Assembly (NCBI GenBank): GCA_945905715.1 | Contig: CAMDPW010000005.1 | Location: 1-51,154, forward strand | Source: Rickettsia typhi | GTDB lineage: Bacteria; Pseudomonadota; Alphaproteobacteria; Rickettsiales; JABSSG01 | Length of the DNA: 51,154 bases | Reading direction: 5' to 3' | Notes under the pieces: generated by a model | What the model was told of the DNA's origin: nothing | Databases searched by the model: none | What the model saw: the letters and a program-made list of their open reading frames with translations, nothing else | Shown here: piece by piece, positions 48,262 through 51,154 of the stretch | Layout: the number at the start of each line of letters is the position of its first letter | Position numbering within the stretch: the stretch's first letter is position 1 | Position numbers and translations under genes: made by a program

Positions 48262-50265
48262 TTAATCAGTACTAGTCGTCACTACTACTGATGAATTGTT
48301 TATTGATGCGCCGATTTCCTGATAAGGCATATTGAGCGTCTTACCTAAAAACTCTTCGGTGATGGCGTAGAAACTTATGCGATTATTGGGTTTCGTAAAA
48401 CCGTGACCTTCATCTGGGTATAAGGCGTATGTAACAGGAATTTTATTATTTTTCATTGCTGTAACAATTTGATCTGATTCAATTTGAGTCACTCGCGGAT
48501 CATTTGCTCCTTGTCCTATAAGTAAAGGTTTATTTATGTTACTAACAAATGTAAGAGGTGAACGAGCTTGAAGAAACTCTTTACCCTGCTCAGTGTCTGG
48601 ATTTTCACCAATCATCTCTATCAGCGATTTTTTAAACGGTTTCCAGTAACTTGGTATGCTATTGATCAAAGTTATAAGATTAGATGGTCCGACCAGGTCG
48701 ACGCCGCAAGCAAAAAAGTCAGGAGTGAATGTTAAGCCAACTAAAGCTGCATAACCACCGTAACTCCCTCCAAAAATTGCGATTTTATCTTTATCGGCAT
48801 ATCCCTTTTTTACTGCCCAATTAACCGCATCTATCAAGTCTTCATGCATCTTACCGGCCCATTGGCCATTTCCTGCTTTAATAAATTTTTTACCAAAACC
48901 TGTTGAACCACGATAGTTTACACTCAATACTACATACCCTCTATTCGCTAGCCATTGATGTTGAGGGTTATAACCCCAAGAATCTCTAGCTCTTGGTCCA
49001 CCATGTACTAGCAACACTAAAGGCAATGGTTTAATAATTTTACCATCCACTAACTTAATTTTAGGCAAGGTAAAATATGATATTAACTCTAGATTGTCTC
49101 TTGATCTAATAACTACGCTATCCATTGGACTAAGTTTTGACTCTTCTTTACTCAGAGCGGTATTAGTCACAAACAGGAACTTGTTTTTTTTACTCAAGCG
49201 ATCAAATAAATAATATTTATATGGTCCAGTGTCTGTAGCATAAGCTATTAGCCACTTATTATCTTTAATCGAACGACTCACTAAATACATTTCTCCTTTT
49301 TCTTTCGTCTTTAAATAATCAAAATCAGACCTGATCGCATCGTTGATAATAAATGTTTCTCTTCTAATGTATTCAGTAGAATATCCTTCTATCTCGTGAC
49401 TTAAAGGATTGAGCATTACATTGCCATTTATATCAGAATGAGGATTTTCTGCTAATAGTGTAGCCACGGCATTTTGAGTATCATATTGAAATAAACCTGC
49501 CATATCACGATTGCGCGAATCAACATAATATAGTTTGTCAGCATTATGATTAAAACCAATGATATTTGTGGTATTACTATCTTCACTTGGTATTTTCATA
49601 AACGACCTTGGTGCAACAATATTGCTGATATCGAATATTTCAACATCACCAGTGTCTTGTGCCATAATAGAAGCATAGACAATTTTTAACTCATTATTTA
49701 CCACAAAATTTGAATATTTATCATTTTGCAAAAGCAATTTTAATTCGTCAGTATCTAAATGATATTGATAAATATCATGATAATCAGGATTTCTATTGTT
49801 AAGAGCGATCAGTATTATGCTGGGATAATCTATGCTTGCACCAACTAAGTAAGACCTCACTTTATCAAAAGGTGATATATCTGTAATTTTATTTGTTTTT
49901 AAATTCACTTTGTATTGATGAAAATTCTCATCACCGTTGGTATCTTGCATGTACACTAGAGTATCGTCCTTATAAGTCCAGTTATAGCTTGTAATGCCTC
50001 TGTTTTTGTCATTCGTTATAGGTTTAGCTTGTGTAATATTATCGATTGGTGCTACATATATATTCAACACCCCATTTAGTGGAGCGATACAAGAAATATA
50101 GCGTCCGTCAGGACTAATACGAACTGAAATTCTATCTGGATTTCCAAAAAATACTTCGCGGTTAATTAAAATTCTGGTCGACATAGCGATTCCTATAAAG
50201 ATATACGAAGTTATAATTACTAATGCAAACGTTACAATTAACAAATAAAGCTTTTTTTCTTTCAC
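48262..50265 (-). CDS. S9-family prolyl oligopeptidase / acylaminoacyl peptidase
   Basis: ISPDG propeller start, VHGGP, NYRGSTGFG, GGSYGG nucleophile, GANDPRV, YPDEGHG. Confidence 0.95.
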   Translation of the reverse strand: MKEKKLYLLIVTFALVIITSYIFIGIAMSTRILINREVFFGNPDRISVRISPDGRYISCIAPLNGVLNIYVAPIDNITQAKPITNDKNRGITSYNWTYKDDTLVYMQDTNGDENFHQYKVNLKTNKITDISPFDKVRSYLVGASIDYPSIILIALNNRNPDYHDIYQYHLDTDELKLLLQNDKYSNFVVNNELKIVYASIMAQDTGDVEIFDISNIVAPRSFMKIPSEDSNTTNIIGFNHNADKLYYVDSRNRDMAGLFQYDTQNAVATLLAENPHSDINGNVMLNPLSHEIEGYSTEYIRRETFIINDAIRSDFDYLKTKEKGEMYLVSRSIKDNKWLIAYATDTGPYKYYLFDRLSKKNKFLFVTNTALSKEESKLSPMDSVVIRSRDNLELISYFTLPKIKLVDGKIIKPLPLVLLVHGGPRARDSWGYNPQHQWLANRGYVVLSVNYRGSTGFGKKFIKAGNGQWAGKMHEDLIDAVNWAVKKGYADKDKIAIFGGSYGGYAALVGLTFTPDFFACGVDLVGPSNLITLINSIPSYWKPFKKSLIEMIGENPDTEQGKEFLQARSPLTFVSNINKPLLIGQGANDPRVTQIESDQIVTAMKNNKIPVTYALYPDEGHGFTKPNNRISFYAITEEFLGKTLNMPYQEIGASINNSSVVVTTSTD

Positions 50266-50615
50266 TTGTGCTAGTTTAGATATACTAATCTCTATTTGTT
50301 TATATATATAAATTTACTGATTTAATAACCCTTAATTACCCAAGTCAATGAATGAGAACCTCTATTACAAAGATACAGCTAAATAATGCTATTAGTCAAC
50401 AATGTTTAGATTTGAAAGTAGTGCATGACCAGCAATAAAATTTTAATACTAATGCTGAATTTCATTCGAATTTTTTGAAATGTAACACTTCCATCTACTA
50501 ATGTGAGAGATCAATCTTGACTTATCTAAAATAGAGCACATAATACCAATTTGCAATATCACTCAATTAACCTATAACATTCGTAGCGTTAAGATAAATC
50601 AAGGAGATTTAAGTT

Positions 50616-51154
50616 ATGGGGGTCTGTCCAGCATGTTGGAGTGTAGAAATTACCGTATTAACTGTAGGTTCTTCAGTTTTTAGTAGTTTTTTACCTAATG
50701 TTTCTTTTCGTAACAATGTCCTACCAACGGCTATTATAACTGCTTTTACTGCTGTAGGACTAGTAAAATATAGCTCTTTTTCTAATACGCAATTCGGCAA
50801 AGTAGCTGTAGCTGGAGTTAGCTTCGGTGCAGCGATATTAGAGCAGATATGGCTAAGTGAAGTTTTTGTACCAACTCCACTTTATGCTGCAGCTAGTGGT
50901 TTTGTTGGTTATAATATTGTGAACACACAGTATGAGCCATATAGATTATTTGCTATGGGTGTGGGTAGCTTAGTTGGTATTCTTACTTACACTCCTCAAT
51001 TTGATACCACCCCACTAATACCAATCAATACAGACATAGAAGGACCATATGAAGGTAGTGCAATGGCAGATTTATATATTGCACCCAAGAAAGGTGGATG
51101 TTTTTTTGGTAAGGGTGGATTAGATGTCATGATTGCTAATAATGAAGGATTAGA
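50616..51154 (+). CDS. Hypothetical membrane protein with N-terminal CxxC (partial, runs off the window end)
   Basis: RBS aaggag (50601-50606) and ATG 50616; 179 open codons MGVCPACWSVEITVLTVGSS... with several hydrophobic segments; absent from the ORF track because there is no stop. Confidence 0.75.
   Translation, partial: MGVCPACWSVEITVLTVGSSVFSSFLPNVSFRNNVLPTAIITAFTAVGLVKYSSFSNTQFGKVAVAGVSFGAAILEQIWLSEVFVPTPLYAAASGFVGYNIVNTQYEPYRLFAMGVGSLVGILTYTPQFDTTPLIPINTDIEGPYEGSAMADLYIAPKKGGCFFGKGGLDVMIANNEGL

Noticed and set aside
50609-50800. 63-aa minus-strand ORF
   Set aside because: Antisense shadow of the longer plus-strand ORF with an RBS starting at 50616

Overview
AT-rich alphaproteobacterial chromosome segment that looks like a Rickettsiales endosymbiont (rickettsial-type VirB6, DUF3035-lspA, mlaEF-radA, argS-SPOR, rplY-pth-ychF). 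Most of it is housekeeping: tyrS, dksA, ligA, aminopeptidase P, argS, RluA-family synthase, rlmE, nfu, ppiD-like, nagZ, D-Ala-D-Ala dipeptidase and an S9 peptidase. Four accessory elements stand out. (1) A polyamine operon encodes a single-chain fusion of a group IV PLP decarboxylase with a deoxyhypusine-synthase-like enzyme, followed by an agmatinase-family ureohydrolase; this is probably a homospermidine route, and its codon usage looks foreign. (2) A ~9 kb island holds six large orphan genes, five of them in two divergent operons. The distal genes of those operons share an unannotated ~65-aa domain, and an isolated virB6 lies nearby, so this is a candidate type IV effector locus. (3) A stand-alone 444-aa protein has the E-x-H/E/H signature of the RRSP/PMT-C2 (TIKI/EreA/ChaN) fold and a basic Gly/Arg tail, making it a candidate host-directed protease effector. 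(4) An acyltransferase-3 gene is broken at a G6 tract. The window starts in the 3' end of an IS630-family transposase and ends inside an ORF absent from the supplied track. No rRNA, tRNA or CRISPR array was seen. All family calls come from motif recognition by eye, not from database searches.
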